A stretch of 55,341 bases of DNA, filler included, from Squatina squatina (Eukaryota): the NCBI GenBank assembly GCA_031763465.1. It is 2 parts of 2 records of this genome, joined end to end, with 100 filler letters (N's around TTAATTAATTAA, not from the genome) between each part and the next. Parts side by side here need not be neighbours in the genome. Positions count along the whole stretch, not along the records: positions 1 to 23,992 come from JARFOE010000001.1; 1 more part is not named here. One strand, written 5' to 3'. Numbering within the stretch: the stretch's first letter is position 1; every line of letters starts with the position of its first letter. The notes beneath the pieces were generated by a model that was not told where the DNA came from, did not search any database, and was given only the letters and a program-made list of their open reading frames with translations. Positions 1 through 11,775 of the stretch are shown here, piece by piece. A program made the position numbers and the translations under genes.

Positions 1-2294
1 CATGCTGCATGTCAGACCTGCAAACGATTGAGATGTGCTAGTCACAGTACATGGCCCTCTTTCCTCTTCCCATTCCCCCTGCAAAAATTACCTTCAGCTT
101 GAGGCAAGCAATTGCTAACAGTTCATTACCGGGGGAAGCGCCTATAGATTTGCATGATCATGCAGTGTATTAAGCCCACAACCTGAGGGAGCTGCTGTGT
201 ACTGTATGTAGATTAGCAGAGAATACATTACACAGAAACTGGAAGGATTAAATACCACATAGCTCTGAGGCCAGATCAGTACATTTTAAGGAATTAAAGG
301 AAAAAAATTAGCAATGCTTTGGTTGATATTTATCAGAGTTGCATAAATACTGGAGGGTTGTACAGTACACCATACCAACACTGGGGACAGTTGCTGGTGA
401 AATTCTGCAATACAGAAAATGGCAGTGGGGAAGAGTTATGAGTTGTTGGTGTTCTGGAATATGCCAGATACTTCTGTGGAGATTTTCTGGCTGTATATCA
501 GACCAGCAGTGGGGAAGAGCGGCTGGCTGAGTTAATTGCTGCCCGGGGGCAGGGAGGGGTGGGGAAGTGAAAGCAAGAGGCAGGAGGAAAACCTTGGATG
601 TGTTTTCCCTTTCCAACCTGGGGATACTCAACTATAGTGCTCCAAACGATACTCCATTTGAAATGACCTGGCTCAAAACAGACTGGAATCAAACCTAGAA
701 TCATCATCTTCTNNNNNNNNNNAACAAAATGAAGTATTATTTCTTTGATAACTCCCAACAGCTGGAAACCCCCACAGTGCCAAGCTCAAGCTACAGTCAC
801 TCTCAGTATGCTCACCCAGTCCTAGGGTTTAATATCACATTGACAGAGCTACAATTGCTCCCTTTAAAACAGCCAAAGCTAAACCCACTAATATGGCATT
901 AGTCTGGTAGCCCATGTCAACAGATAAAGTTTAACCTTCGAGACGATCCTCTTAGTTTCTTAATGCCTTTTATAACTGCACATCTCCTCAGTTGTACTTT
1001 CCAATTCTCTTTGGCCTGCTCTGTTCGACAGTCTCTGGGTTTTCGGCCTAATTTCTTATTCCAATTGTAAGTCAGCCCTTTTTGTTACACACTAGCTGCT
1101 GAGATTCCCAGNNNNNNNNNNNNNNNNNNNNNNNNNNNNNNNNNNNNNNNNNNNNNNNNNNNNNNNNNNNNNNNNNNNNNNNNNNNNNNNNNNNNNNNNN
1201 NNNNNNNNNNNTCCCTTGCTGACGAGTGCCCGGGGGTAGGAAGGTCTCGCGAGTGTGTGGCTGCAGCTCACTTGTCTCCTTCAGTTGAGACACTTTCAAA
1301 CTCCCTGTGCAGCTCACTTTAATGAACCCCATCATGGACCTCACCGCCCGTGAACCTGCGCAAACCTATAACCCAGTTTTCGAGTCCAGACGTCTCGGGA
1401 AGATCTCGGTCACTCTCTGGGCTCATGCGCCTGAACCCTTCAGTCAAAAAATAAAAGCACGAAATGCTTTTGGGTTGTTCAAATTTCGGCCAAAGCCTCT
1501 TCCCTGTGTTAGAGTGATCTCTTACAATTAAATATACAATTCTTAATAGCAACATTAAAAATAAAAGTTCTATAATGGATTAAAATGAATAAATATGCAA
1601 GATAAATCATTCCGAAGCACCATTAACCCAAACAGCTCTTATTTCCTGTATTGAGAAGTACATTCAGACATTACAATAATAATAACTATCACTGACGTCA
1701 AGGTATATAGAGTATAATATACTTCAGCATGCTGGCTACTAAAACAGGTTTAAATTGAGACAGTTCACGAGTAATCCATTAAGTGTGTGAGCAATCTGCA
1801 GCAATGGGTGGTTTTGGAAAACCGGTTATCCACTAGTGCTGGAGTTTCAGCCATCCCAATGGTTGAATAGTGACATTTTTCAACAAGCCACGGTTTGCTT
1901 TAAGACCAAGTCATGTGTGCGGAAACCAATAAATGGGACCTGGCGCCAGAATACCTTTAGAATTTGCATTGCTCAGTTACTTATCAGGAATCGATGAGCC
2001 AGTGGAGGAACTCTGCCCTCCCTTCCTTGACTTTGGTGGTGTCCTGCATTATGGAGCTTGTCCCTTCACCCAGATTTCTCAATATAAAAAATATCCTCAA
2101 TATTATAATATGTGTATGGAGCACAATCGGACGAGGTAAACATCCGCCCAGTACAAGAAATTAGCTGATACTTGAGATCAGTGTATTCATAGGATCCGAT
2201 GTATAGCCAATTCCTCTGGGACATCAAGCTTTTTTTCTATAAAGTCAGAACATTTTAATTTATTTTCTCTCCCGTCTTTACTCTTCTCAAGTCT

Positions 2295-2470
2295 CTGGAT
2301 GGGACTTGAACCCTCAACCATCTGACTCAGCAGTGAGCGTGCTAATCTGAGCCAAGGTATCACATCAGCAACGACACAAAATTGTGAAAAAGAGGCAGAA
2401 CATTTAGCGCCTCACATCCCCTCAGCTCAAAGGGACAATGAGTGCACCCCTTACAACAGTGCACTGTCAA
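2295..2470 (-). mobile_element. Degraded 5' part (tRNA-like head) of a Deu-domain SINE
   Basis: gggacttgaaccctcaaccatctgactcagcagtgagcgtgctaatctgagccaagg is the reverse complement of a tRNA-like A/B-box head (...GGTTCAAGTCCC). Downstream sequence loosely resembles the SINE at 31995-32380. Confidence 0.55.
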
Positions 2471-2920
2471 TAGGAAGAACAATTGTTGTTCACAGCACAA
2501 TATCGCCACCCACTGGCAAACACAGGTCTGCACCAAAAAAAGTCACAACTGCCAACTCAACAAATTGCAGCCTGGTGCTTGGAGCAAACAGAATGAGATG
2601 GGTATAGTGCAAGTCGTAAATTGATTTTTCCCTGCTCAACGCAGAGCTCAAAGCGAGTATCTTTCCACACAGCACAAAAATGGCCTTAATTGGCAACGCA
2701 TTCAGAGTTTCCAGAATGGCTGCTGTGATCAGTGGCATTAGGAATGGAAATGGCACATTGCTACAGTGGGAGCTGTTCTTCATAGGTTGTAGGTGAGGAA
2801 GACCAGTGGGTAAAGTGAGTTTTACTCTGCCTCTGGCCTGTGCTGTTGTTGGCCTGTCACCATTTAAAAAAAGCCAGTTTATCAGAGCAGTATCAAATGT
2901 GGCTCTGATGAAGGCAAACA

Positions 2921-2991
2921 AAGAACATTAGAAAGCATGAAACACAGAAGGTAGGAGAAAGAGTAGGCCATTCGGCCCTTTGAGCCTGCTC
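2921..2991 (-). mobile_element. CR1 LINE 3' end fragment
   Basis: aagaacat...gtaggagaaagagtaggccattcggccctttgagcctgctc is the reverse complement of the typical chondrichthyan CR1 3' tail. It ends at a gap. Similar tail at about 22005-22100. Confidence 0.7.
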
Positions 2992-3927
2992 NNNNNNNNN
3001 NNNNNNNNNNNNNNNNNNNNNNNNNNNNNNNNNNNNNNNNNNNNNNNNNNNNNNNNNNNNNNNNNNNNNNNNNNNNNNNNNNNNNNNNNNNTGTCACTCA
3101 TGATACTAATAACAGTGTGTGACTTTGCTCTTTAAAAAGATTGTAGTCTGCTCACTCATTGTACATGATTTATATCCTATTGATGCTATTTCAAAAATGT
3201 CTGTATTTTGTGGGGGTGGGGGGAGGGTGGGAGGGGGGTGGTTGATGAATGAAAGCTACAGCCAGGAGAGAAAGAATTGGAGTGTAGGAGGGAGAGGGCA
3301 TGGGCAAGAGCTATGGGGAGCTGTGGTCCACCACTAGGAGTATTCCTGGACAAATTGGTGCAAGGGCACTGGGATCTGGGAAGAGTTAGTGGAATTGCAA
3401 TCTAGTAGCAGCACACAGGCTGGGTTAGGAAGCATGTGGACCAAAATACATTCTAATGTCAGAGGCTGGATGGAGCAGTGGATTAATCACTGCCCATTCA
3501 TCCAAGGAATCTTGATTCAAATCCTGCTCACAGCCAGGGAATAAAACACTGTGTTTGCTGGACAGTCTGAGCACAGCTGCTAGTGTGGGGTGGGTCTTCA
3601 GCACAAAACCACCCATAATGTGTCATTGAAATACCAATCTTACTCAGAATAGCCGCTGAGGGAAATGAGTGTGACACATTGGTGTAGCAGAGGTCTCTTC
3701 CTGGGACAGAGTAGAGGAAGCTTGACTCTGCATTTGGCCTGTGCTACATCTGAGGGAGCACTGAATGCCAATACCAGAAAAAGGTGGAGAAGTGTCCCAA
3801 TATTTAATCTTTCACCTTGATGAATATAGAAACAAATCTGTGCCTCTTAAGTTTGAATCTCTCTCCCTTATGTGAAAGTACACAGCTCAGTAGAGAAATA
3901 TTTCTGTGGGCTACAGACGTGATAGAT

Positions 3928-4066
3928 TCTTAACTGCCCTCTGAAGTGGCTTAGCAAGTCACACAGTTGCATCAAACTGCTGTCAGTGGAGAAGGGCCAC
4001 CACCACCTTCTCAAGGCAACCAGGGATGGGCAATAAATGCCGGCCTTGCCAGCGACCCCCTGAAAG
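3928..4066 (+). mobile_element. SINE/LINE shared 3' tail
   Basis: caccaccaccttctcaaggcaaccagggatgggcaataaatgccggccttgccagcgac matches the reverse-strand copy at 15200-15358. Confidence 0.75.
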
Positions 4067-4320
4067 TGAATATATGTAAAATACACAAGAATAGGATGCA
4101 GTTTCTCACGCAGTGGAGCCTCCTATCTAAGCTGGATCATTGGGGAGTTCCTAAGAACAAAGAGAATGCTCCCCCACAGGCTGCTTGCCTGTTCTCTCAG
4201 CCGTGGAAAACAATGTGTGGCTTTTGAGCGCACCAAAGAGGGAAATTATGGAGATGAAGGTCCTCAACTGGAAAAAATGTCAAGAATCCCCCTTTTCACA
4301 TTCGGAGAAACAATACTTAC

Positions 4321-4428
4321 CCTTCTCGATCAATGTGGGGGAGGTACTTGGGTGCGTTTTGTAAATGCTTTCGATGAAACGAGTTGGTGAAATCTAATTT
4401 CTCAGGTTGCAGATCCCATGTTGCTCCA
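4321..4428 (-). CDS. CTIF: CTIF (CBP80/20-dependent translation initiation factor) internal coding exon, 108 nt
   Basis: ttgcag|T-GATWDLQPEKLDFTNSFHRKHLQNAPKYLPHIDRE-GG|gtaagt. Matches human GATWDLQPEKLDFTQFHRKVRHTPKQPLPHIDREG. Canonical splice sites; not in the ORF track. Confidence 0.95.
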
Positions 4429-5642
4429 CTGCAAGAGAAAACCCGCACACATTATAACCCACTGGGAAACAGGCCTGTATCAGGCTGTCCTTAAACTAGT
4501 CTCTGGTTTCCAGAGGAACAGGCCCACAAGGGGCTTTCTTTAATCGAAGAGATCCAAGAAATTCTCCTATTCACTCTGTTTTCCAAAGGAATAGACAAGT
4601 ACCTGATGGGCTCCCTCCTTATACTTCTGTTTCTGTTTGTTAATCTGCTCCTTTTTTTGTGGCATTTTTCTCTTCTTTCTTTTACTCGGCTCTCCTTACA
4701 CCTTGCGTTCCAGGTTGAAAGGGTAGGTGACATGCGCCTAAGTCCTACTCTGAAAGAGGCTGGTTAGAAACTCTGCTATGTGCAAGAAAGCATTTTTTGC
4801 TGCGAGGTTCAAAGCTATTTGCCCCAACACACCAATTTCACAAAGAATTTCGGGCATCAGCTCCTCAGACACATGCAGTGTAATTACAGTAGGGAGAGAA
4901 TGAAACGTACCAGACGCTTCCCCAAGCCTGGAAAATATAACTGCCAATTGTTGTTTTTCCCCCCCATTATTTGGCAAAGCCTTCTAGCAATCTTGCTACT
5001 TTTGGCACAGACAAAAGATAGCACCAAACAGCAGAAGTTATGAATTAAACTTTCCAGTCTCTGAAAAGCTGGAAACCTCCTCACTTCCACCTTGATTAGG
5101 TGATACAGGCAGCTGCTATGTTTCTTAAATTCCAGTCTAACAAATGGGGGTAAAAGCAGAAAGTTCACGCCAATGGGTGACAGGAGGCCATCTGAAAATG
5201 ATGCCAGGGGGAACTTGGTGGGTGGATTGCGGGAAGAGTCAAAACACGCGAAGAAACTTGGGGAAAGCATTTCACAGGCACACACGAGGTGCAAATCATT
5301 TACACTCTATTTTCCACAAAAAACAAATGCACCAAAATCTGCGAGGAGATTCAGCCCCTTGCTATTTAAGCACTTACACTGTTAATACACATAGCAACGT
5401 GAGGAATTAGCCCATCGTTCTTTTGGGGACATAATCAGTTGTACACTTGTTCAGTGGAAAATTTTTAATCTAATTAATTCAGCTCATTTAAAACACACAC
5501 GATTTCTGTGAAAATTAATTTAGATTATTAAAAAAGATGAAGGATGTGAAACAGTCAAGATCATTAACCCTTTGAGCTTCTGATGACTTTGGCCAAACCA
5601 AAACTTACTGAGATTATGGTACAATAGAAACTGCACAATAAT

Positions 5643-6374
5643 GGCCCAGATTTTGTGGTCAACGGCTAAGGGCGCTCAGCACTGACCTCGAAGAAAGATG
5701 CCCACAAAGATATCGCCTATTCCAACATGAATTTCAATCTGGCACTGCCCATCGGGCATCTGTGGCATCAGTGAACAGTGAAGTCATCAGCAGGCTGAGT
5801 AACCAACCAGATTGATGAATTCTCACAGACAGCAAGCCAAGAGTAAACAGCATGGATTATCATTCACTGTTTAATCGTTTTACAGAAAACAAAATAAAGA
5901 TTGAGAAATTCACATAGGATTAGGTCAAAGCTGAAATATGATTAACAAACTTAAAAAAAATAAACATTAATTTTTATTATTTTTAAGATCTATGGAATTT
6001 TTATCATGGTTTGAGGGAATGACTTAGTGCACATTTATAACATTTGTTTTTCAGGACCAGAGAGGTTGGTCATCAGTAATTATGACTTAGTGCACCATTA
6101 AAAACACAGTTACACCTTATTCAACAAGGCTTAATATTTTCAATGGGTTTTGGATGAAGAAGAGTGCAGAAAAAAATTGAATTTCATGGCGAATCACTGA
6201 TTCTGTATTGATTAAGTCTCTGCAGACTGCAATAGTGCACCCTGTGGTGGAGCAGCTTCCAGATGTATGCATTTATCTGCGCATGTGTGGATGCCAAAGA
6301 TTGCTGTCAGTTTTACATAGATGATGGTGAGCGCTGACATTTTCCGCCGTCCTTGCAACCGCAAATTCCGGACC
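5643..6374. mobile_element. Non-autonomous DNA transposon (MITE-like) with imperfect terminal inverted repeats, in a CTIF intron
   Basis: Left end aatggcccagattttgtggt (5640-5659) matches the reverse complement of right end accgcaaattccggaccatt (6358-6377) at 16/20 positions. Similarity continues inward (acggc...tcagcactgacc vs acggc...tcagcgctcacc). Confidence 0.65.
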
Positions 6375-7153
6375 ATTACCTCTCTCAGGAAATCCCGATA
6401 TGTTCACATTAATCATTTGCTAAAATATCTTCCTTGGCTACTGTTACTATATAAAAAAATAAACAGATTTGAAAACCTAGGTTTCGAGAAGCATCTTAAC
6501 GAACTAAAGACACAAAATCCAAAGGACTTGTTAACCCAATATTTATTGTATAGTCTAACATTCAGTTGCTCTGTCACCCATTTATTTACATTAATATCCT
6601 CAAAAACAAGTATAAATCAATAGAATTCAGTAAAGTAATATAGAGGTTTTGTGCATGTGTAGATTTGGGATTTAAGCAGTAAAATATCGTGTAAAGCAAA
6701 CTAGCATGGATACAAAAATATAGCTCTTTTAAAATGACTGATCAGTCATTATAATTGTGGCTTCTATCATAAGCCTGGAAGAGAGCAACAAAATTATAAC
6801 TTCAGTGGCATCAGTCATGAGTGAAGGAGGACACTTTCATTTCTTTAACATTGGGCCAGATTTTGCTGCAGCGGGGCATCTAAAATTTTGTCCACTAATT
6901 TGCTGAAAGTGCATGCTGATAACAGCGCAGCAAGTGAGCCAGGACAGCTGGGACCTGAGTAAACAGGGAAACCAACAGGGTATCTAGCTCCACAGCCAAT
7001 GAAATTTAAGAATTGGGAATTAACACAGGAAAGACTGAGAAGGAGGGTGAATNNNNNNNNNNNNNNNNNNNNNNNNNNNNNNNNNNNNNNNNNNNNNNNN
7101 NNNNNNNNNNNNNNNNNNNNNNNNNNNNNNNNNNNNNNNNNNNNNNNNNNNNA

Positions 7154-7413
7154 CATGGGTCTTCACAACTCGGTCCTGTCCACACTCCATACTCAAACAC
7201 ACTTGACAGCAGAAATCAGTGGATACTGATCAGAATGGGAAGTGTGGATCATTATCCACTAATCCCTTTCCCAGCACAGAGCCAGTTGTAGCACTATCAC
7301 TGCCCCAGCTAAGATCAGCCAACTCAGCACAGGACTTAGGATTGAATGTGGGACCTACCTGGCCTATAGGGTTCAGCATCACCCCATGTTGTACTTATCC
7401 ACTGAACCATCAG
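7154..7413 (-). mobile_element. tRNA-derived SINE fragment
   Basis: Reverse strand starts ctgatggttcagtggataag...ttcaatcc...gtgctgagttggctgatcttagctggggcag. Related pieces at about 15640-15810, 21650-21830, 28330-28440 and 35670-35890. Confidence 0.55.
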
Positions 7414-7840
7414 AACAGCCACACAGTGAGCTCCAATCTGAAACTCAGGACATCAGATTCACCAATTCATTCCCAACTGACCTCTAAACTGCCCCATTTT
7501 TTCAAACCTAGTCTTGCCTTGGCAATGCATTCTTATAGTTCAGTTTGGGTTGGGCTGGAAGTTCACTTTAAATGGAAAATATTTACAAAGATAATTTTGT
7601 TTACAATTTCCTAATGCGAAGTTACTACAAAACAGATTTTCTCCTAAATTCCTCATTCTATAAACTTTGGAAAAGTCACTTTTCTTCATTTTGCACTTCA
7701 GTGAAATTGCCTGGTACTCATTCAGTTGGGTATGAATTGGTGAATCTGATGGTACTCATTCTATAGCTTTGATTTCATACCGTACCACAGAAGCTTGTGT
7801 ATGTTGACACAAAGCATTGTGCACTGCATTGAGAGTTTAC

Positions 7841-7921
7841 CTGATTGGTTTGTTTGCAGGAGTTCTTCTCCTTTGGGGAGGACCAGTTTACATCGAGTGT
7901 GTCTGTGAAGTCTTCATTCCA
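7841..7921 (-). CDS. CTIF: CTIF second coding exon, 81 nt
   Basis: tgtttacag|WNEDFTDTLDVNWSSPKEKNSCKQTNQ|gtaaac, phase 0/0. Positionally equivalent and weakly similar to human WTADCSEPLDSSCSFSRGRAPPQQ. Confidence 0.85.
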
Positions 7922-8662
7922 CTGTAAACAAAACACATGACAGTTCAACAAAGTGCCCAGCACTCAAAGCATTTACACACTGAGCCATTCCAAGGTTCCC
8001 ACAAGCAAAATAACATGTGCAAGGCAGATGGGATTTTAACACGCCTATTTTCATCAAAGTTGCGATTCCAAGGTTATTTCTGCCGTCCTCAGAAAGCAAT
8101 GCACACATCTCTTTAAACCGTACTTGGTTCCCATCATAAATAGGGCGAACATCCTAAGCTAATTACCCTTGCTGTGTTCACTCTTCGCCCTTTTATGAAC
8201 TGCTTCAGTGACCAAAGTTGAATGCGACACTGATAGTGCAGCCTCAGCAGAGGCTTATACACCTTTAGCAAGGTAGTTATTTTTGGCTTTTGTTTCCCTC
8301 TAATGGCTGTTGCATTCCCCATTTACACCCTATCTAGACNNNNNNNNNNNNNNNNNNNNNNNNNNNNNNNNNNNNNNNNNNNNNNNNNNNNNNNNNNNNN
8401 NNNNNNNNNNNNNNNNNNNNNNNNNNNNNNNNNNNNNNNCTCCCTCATTATTCCTTTCATGCTACAATATACACGCTTTTGAACCCAAGCTTGGTGTCAA
8501 TCTAATCATGACTTCCTGATTTAGAGTGACCTCCAGGCCAAACCATGTGTACGACTAAAACACAAGGACAACATGGAACAGCCCTGCTCAAATAGGAGCA
8601 TTCGGCATTTTCTTGGCCCCCTCTTACTGACTTGCTAACATAGTCTAGAAACTGCCTCATAC

Positions 8663-8839
8663 CTGCGAGTTTGGCGGTGTCTTTTCACTGTCTGCATCAA
8701 TTTCTGGTTTGTCTGTAAGTAACCCCTGAACCTGGTATTCTAGGACGTAGCTGTCAATGAATCGTTCCAGCTCCTCTATCTCCTGGGAGCGGTTACTTCC
8801 AGCCTCTGAGGAAGCCGAGGCTACTGAGGAGTTCTCCAT
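8663..8839 (-). CDS. CTIF: CTIF first coding exon (whole exon 8663-8859 including 20 nt of 5'UTR)
   Basis: MENSSVASASSEAGSNRSQEIEELERFIDSYVLEYQVQGLLTDK is near-identical to the human CTIF N-terminus. Acceptor ttcctcag at 8860, donor CAG|gtatga at 8662. Confidence 0.97.
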
Positions 8840-9119
8840 GTCTATGCTCTGGAAGGGACCTGAGGAAAGAACAGATTAGGCATTTTAAATAAACTTTAAA
8901 AAAGGTATTGCACAGGCACATACATCTATTATTTCACCTGCTCCTGCAGTTATATATGTGTAATGTAAATATAGGACAGCAGGAGGGGAGTATGAACTCA
9001 CTAAACAGAGAATGAAAGGTATAACCTGGCTTAGGGTTGTATGCAGCTGCAGCATTTTTAATCGCAGAGCTGACAGTCACAATGCTTCTGGAAGCATCGG
9101 AGTCCATTTAAAAAGAATC

Positions 9120-9337
9120 TATAATGCATCAAGCCTGGGACTAATAATCCAGAGAAAGCGGGTTCAAATTCCACCGCAGAAAGTTGAAAATTTGAATTTA
9201 AAAAAAGACTTGCATTTCTATAGCACCTTTCACGACCGCTGGATGTCCCAAAGCACTTTACAGCCAACAAAGTACTTTTTGGAGTTTAGTCACTATTGTA
9301 ATGTAGGAAACAGGGCAGCAAAAATGTGCACAGTAAG
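9120..9337. mobile_element. tRNA-SINE head (+, about 9120-9206) abutting the 3' end of a Deu-domain SINE (-, 9207-9337)
   Basis: gggactaataatccagag...gggttcaaattccacc (B-box-like), followed by aaagacttgcatttctatagc...cagcaaaaatgtgcacag, which is the reverse complement of the 3' end of the 31995-32380 SINE. Confidence 0.7.
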
Positions 9338-11664
9338 NNNNNNNNNNNNNNNNNNNNNNNNNNNNNNNNNNNNNNNNNNNNNNNNNNNNNNNNNNNNNNN
9401 NNNNNNNNNNNNNNNNNNNNNNNNNNNNNNNNNNNNNCATAGACCGCTCATCGCATTAAGACTGAGTAGGAATCACACAAACACACAGCTCACAAAACGA
9501 ATTAAAACAGTCAGCGTGCTCTTATTTGGAATACACACTGCAAGGTGTGCATTACCACAAAAAAAATCACTGCAATACGCATGGTATAGACGTTGCCAGT
9601 TGCTGCGTTTCATCAGCCACAGTCCCATCCATTGATCTTATTGTGGCAAATTCACAACCTACCCGGAGTTGACACGGTTGGCGCTTCTGAACTCTCCCAA
9701 TAATGACACAGGCGGCATCGAAACGAGTGCCCCTCCCTCTCTCACGCGCACCTCACAAAAAAACATCGGAAATCTTATGTTACTTCTGTAGCATTTTAAA
9801 TCCCCTCATGGTAACAAATCGAAACTACAACATTTACCATTCTCACAGTCACAATATAATGATACACAGCAAGCTCCAGCTTAAGGTTCGAGAAATCATT
9901 GTCTGACCTTTGCAATATCTCTGGGGCCGCTTTGGAAGGGGATCTTGGATAGCTCCTCAGAATAAACACTTTTATTTTCGGGGCGCGGNNNNNNNNNNNN
10001 NNNNNNNNNNNNNNNNNNNNNNNNNNNNNNNNNNNNNNNNNNNNNNNNNNNNNNNNNNNNNNNNNNNNNNNNNNNNNNNNNNNNNNNNCCACTGGTACTG
10101 TCTTTAAAAAGCAGCAGTAGCACCATTTAACATGGAAATTCTGAACACTGATTGCATTTGGTCAAGTATTTAGTGCTTGTTTTTCAGGTACTCTCCTGAG
10201 ATCACTGTGCACAGGATGTATTCACCGGGCATAGGGGATAGAAGGAGAGGGAGGGGTGTTCCGGCACATTATAAACTTCATACACGCCCTTCCTTAATTG
10301 CCATGGGTTTAAGCCAGTTCTGCAATCCTCCCTTGGACGTTTTTCAACCCTTCCCACAGCACTCCTTGTAGTGTGCGCGGGTGCATTTTTTTCACTTTTA
10401 ACTTTAATTTTAAAAATCGAGCCATTTGAGAATAATTATATCCACCATTGTTTCTCCCATGAACTGTGTAGCAATTCAAATACTGCCATTTGAAATCATG
10501 AAACTATTTTTCCAGAGTAAAGAAACATTTCTATATTCGTATAAAATAGATCTGCTTTTTATCCTTTTCCATTGCCGCCGCCCTGTGGTTTCTTTTCTTA
10601 AGTACTGGGACCAGCCCTTTCCCTTATCCTCTTGTCATTGGCACAGTGCCCTTGCTGCCGGGAGGACAGGTGAGAGGAACTGCAGGCTGCTCTGTGGCAT
10701 GCTTANNNNNNNNNNNNNNNNNNNNNNNNNNNNNNNNNNNNNNNNNNNNNNNNNNNNNNNNNNNNNNNNNNNNNNNNNNNNNNNNNNNNNNNNNNNNNNN
10801 NNNNNTGTGAAGACTATCATGTTTGATTAACCCATCATCATTCATCGTCTAGATTCATGTAAACTCATACGTCAGGCCAGTTGGATGAGGTGCCGGAGGG
10901 TGGCTTGTGGCCATGGAACCACACCTCTGCATGAGTCAGTGCTTTGAGAAGAGGCAGGGTGGCGGGGTGGGGGAAAACCTGAGGTATAAACACACAACCT
11001 GTAAAATGATTTACACTGGCTGAAGTTAGCCAAGTGTTGGGCTGTATTAATTTGTGCTTTATTCTGTCAGGGTGTTGCTGAATTTGCAGCTTTTTATGCC
11101 TGGAGAAAGAAAATACTGTAAAGACAAAGAACTGTATGTAAGGTTTCATCCACCCAACTATAAATGGAACTAAATGTTGGCACCCTTTCGCCTAAAGATA
11201 AATGTTAGGAATTACAGTAGGCTGGGTGAAGAACAAGTAAATAGCAATGTCAAAAAGCTATAGTATACACTAAGGTTGCATGAGGCAACTGGTCTCAATG
11301 ACTCAGAGACAATAAATAATAAGTAGTCTTGCTTTGAACTGCTTTGATTCTGGGTTATATTGGGTTTATGTTTTTTTGTCAGGATCTAAATCAGTCCAGA
11401 GAAAGATTATTGGACAGTAAAGATCTAAAAATGTAATCAGCAGCTGAGGCAAACTTGTTGGGTGTGGGGTATCTGAAACATTAGCAGCCAGGATACTGTG
11501 TTTTTTTGGCTTCACGGCCAAAGTTGTTAAAGTAAATTGATTTTCCTCCCCTCTCTCAGTTCTAATTGTCTGTGTGATTATGTTGGCCAGAGCTGGGAAT
11601 CCACAAAACTATGTGTACTTTAAAAAAAATCATTTGGGGAATGGTAATACTAACAGCTGAAATG

Positions 11665-11775
11665 TCACTCTGTAATATAAAAACCGTCTTATCTTCACAC
11701 TGTACAATATAAACAGTCTGACCTTCACACTGTACAATATAAACAGCCTATTCTTCACTCTGTACAATATAAACA
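11665..11775. repeat. 30-bp minisatellite, at least 3.5 copies, running into a gap
   Basis: Unit approximately cttcacactgtacaatataaacagtctgac, tandem without spacers. Confidence 0.9.

Noticed and set aside
1-3000. SMAD7 or further CTIF exons expected by synteny
   Set aside because: I found no SMAD7 or CTIF C-terminal peptide by eye. The minus-strand ORF 1319-1555 has an acceptor-like site near 1439 but matches nothing I know.
4429-7840. Apparent loss of the CTIF exon NGSKDNSLDMLGTDIWAANTFDSF
   Set aside because: A 100-N gap (7053-7152) lies in this interval, and the phases of the flanking exons (0 then 2) require the exon. It is most likely just unassembled.
11665-11775. 30-bp repeats as a CRISPR array
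   Set aside because: Units are head-to-tail with no unique spacers; an ordinary minisatellite.
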